A DNA stretch of 64,000 nucleotides, from positions 28,108-92,107 of IMG/VR virus record IMGVR_UViG_3300028416_000009; one strand, given 5' to 3'. The notes under the pieces were generated by a model. That model made no database searches and was not told the DNA's origin. It was given only the letters and a program-made list of their open reading frames with translations. Every line of letters starts with the position of its first letter. The first letter of the stretch is position 1. This document shows, in pieces, positions 63,321 through 64,000 of this stretch. Made by a program: the position numbers and the translations under genes. This DNA comes from a virus (Duplodnaviria > Caudoviricetes).

Positions 63321-63393
63321 TTTAGTTGCCCATAAACGTAAAATAAAAACCCCCTCATTTCTGAAGGGGTTTTATCATTTTATAAATGTTATT

Positions 63394-64000
63394 TTAGTTT
63401 TGGGTATCACCGTCACAGTCAGTAAAACCAACGTCACTTACCGCTCCACCTATAACCTTTATCCATCTAACTGGTGACATGTCCGTTGAATTAATAATTT
63501 CTCCGTTCACCACATAGAACCCATCCATTACAGGGTTAGTTAACTCTGCGTTTCTAAATATAGGTTTACCTAATAAATTTGGTATTGAATATCCCGTCTC
63601 ATCAACCCAAAATGGTGATGTTACTTCATAACCTGGTTCTTCACAAACATTGTTATTTATCTCCGCTAATACCGTAGATTTAAAATACTGATACGATGGT
63701 GGAAGAGAGTATGTTGTTGTTGTCGTTATATTCTCTGTCGTTGTCGTAGTAGTCACATCTTCTGTAGTAGTAGTTGTAGTCACATCTTCTGTAGTAGTAG
63801 TTGTAGTCACATCTTCTGTAGTAGTAGTTGTAGTCACATCTTCTGTAGTAGTAGTTGTAGTTACATCTTCTGTGGTAGTAGTTGTAGTTACATCTTCAGT
63901 TGTCGTTGTAGTTGTTACATCTTCTGTAGTAGTTGTTGTCGTTACATCTTCAGTAGTCGTTGTAGTTGTTGACGGAATCACCGTTATCTGAACATTGTAT
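63394..64000 (-). CDS. Thr-rich repeat protein, C-terminal part (open to window edge)
   Basis: Frame stays open upstream of 63981; mucin-like linker. Confidence 0.75.
   Translation of the reverse strand, partial: YNVQITVIPSTTTTTTEDVTTTTTTEDVTTTTTTEDVTTTTTTEDVTTTTTTEDVTTTTTTEDVTTTTTTEDVTTTTTTEDVTTTTTTENITTTTTYSLPPSYQYFKSTVLAEINNNVCEEPGYEVTSPFWVDETGYSIPNLLGKPIFRNAELTNPVMDGFYVVNGEIINSTDMSPVRWIKVIGGAVSDVGFTDCDGDTQN
63712..63970 (-). repeat. 27-bp coding tandem repeat (TTTTTTEDV, about 9 copies)
   Basis: tagtagtagttgtagtcacatcttctg units. Confidence 0.9.

Noticed and set aside
63187-63477. 96-aa ORF from the track
   Set aside because: It crosses a terminator and the convergent gene; the Cys-rich 63141-63320 frame is more plausible

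Overview
AT-rich, gene-dense 64 kb segment that looks like a jumbo/huge bacteriophage genome. The host is probably Bacteroidota, inferred from many TAnnTTTG host-type promoters and Bacteroidota-like ClpC/DnaK. It encodes a partial dnaK and a divergent N-domain-less ClpC, eight canonical tRNAs (including two identical Ser-UGA copies), one tRNA-like RNA with a long insertion and a tmRNA with an unusually long tag. It also carries many auxiliary enzymes: 2OG-Fe(II) oxygenases, CysC plus a nucleotidyltransferase, sulfotransferase-like proteins, GPx, dCMP deaminase, RfbC, a thioesterase and several peptidases. A set of putative late/virion proteins is preceded by a TATTTAT motif. The most notable observations are: (1) putative capsid-packaged polyproteins whose domains (lysozyme, PPK2, nuclease-like) are separated by [ILV]-x-E protease-like sites; (2) a dispersed family of small UVR-motif proteins that may partner the truncated ClpC; (3) a three-copy non-coding repeat array at ~43 kb; (4) several unnamed structured RNAs. 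All calls come from reading the sequence by eye; no searches were run.
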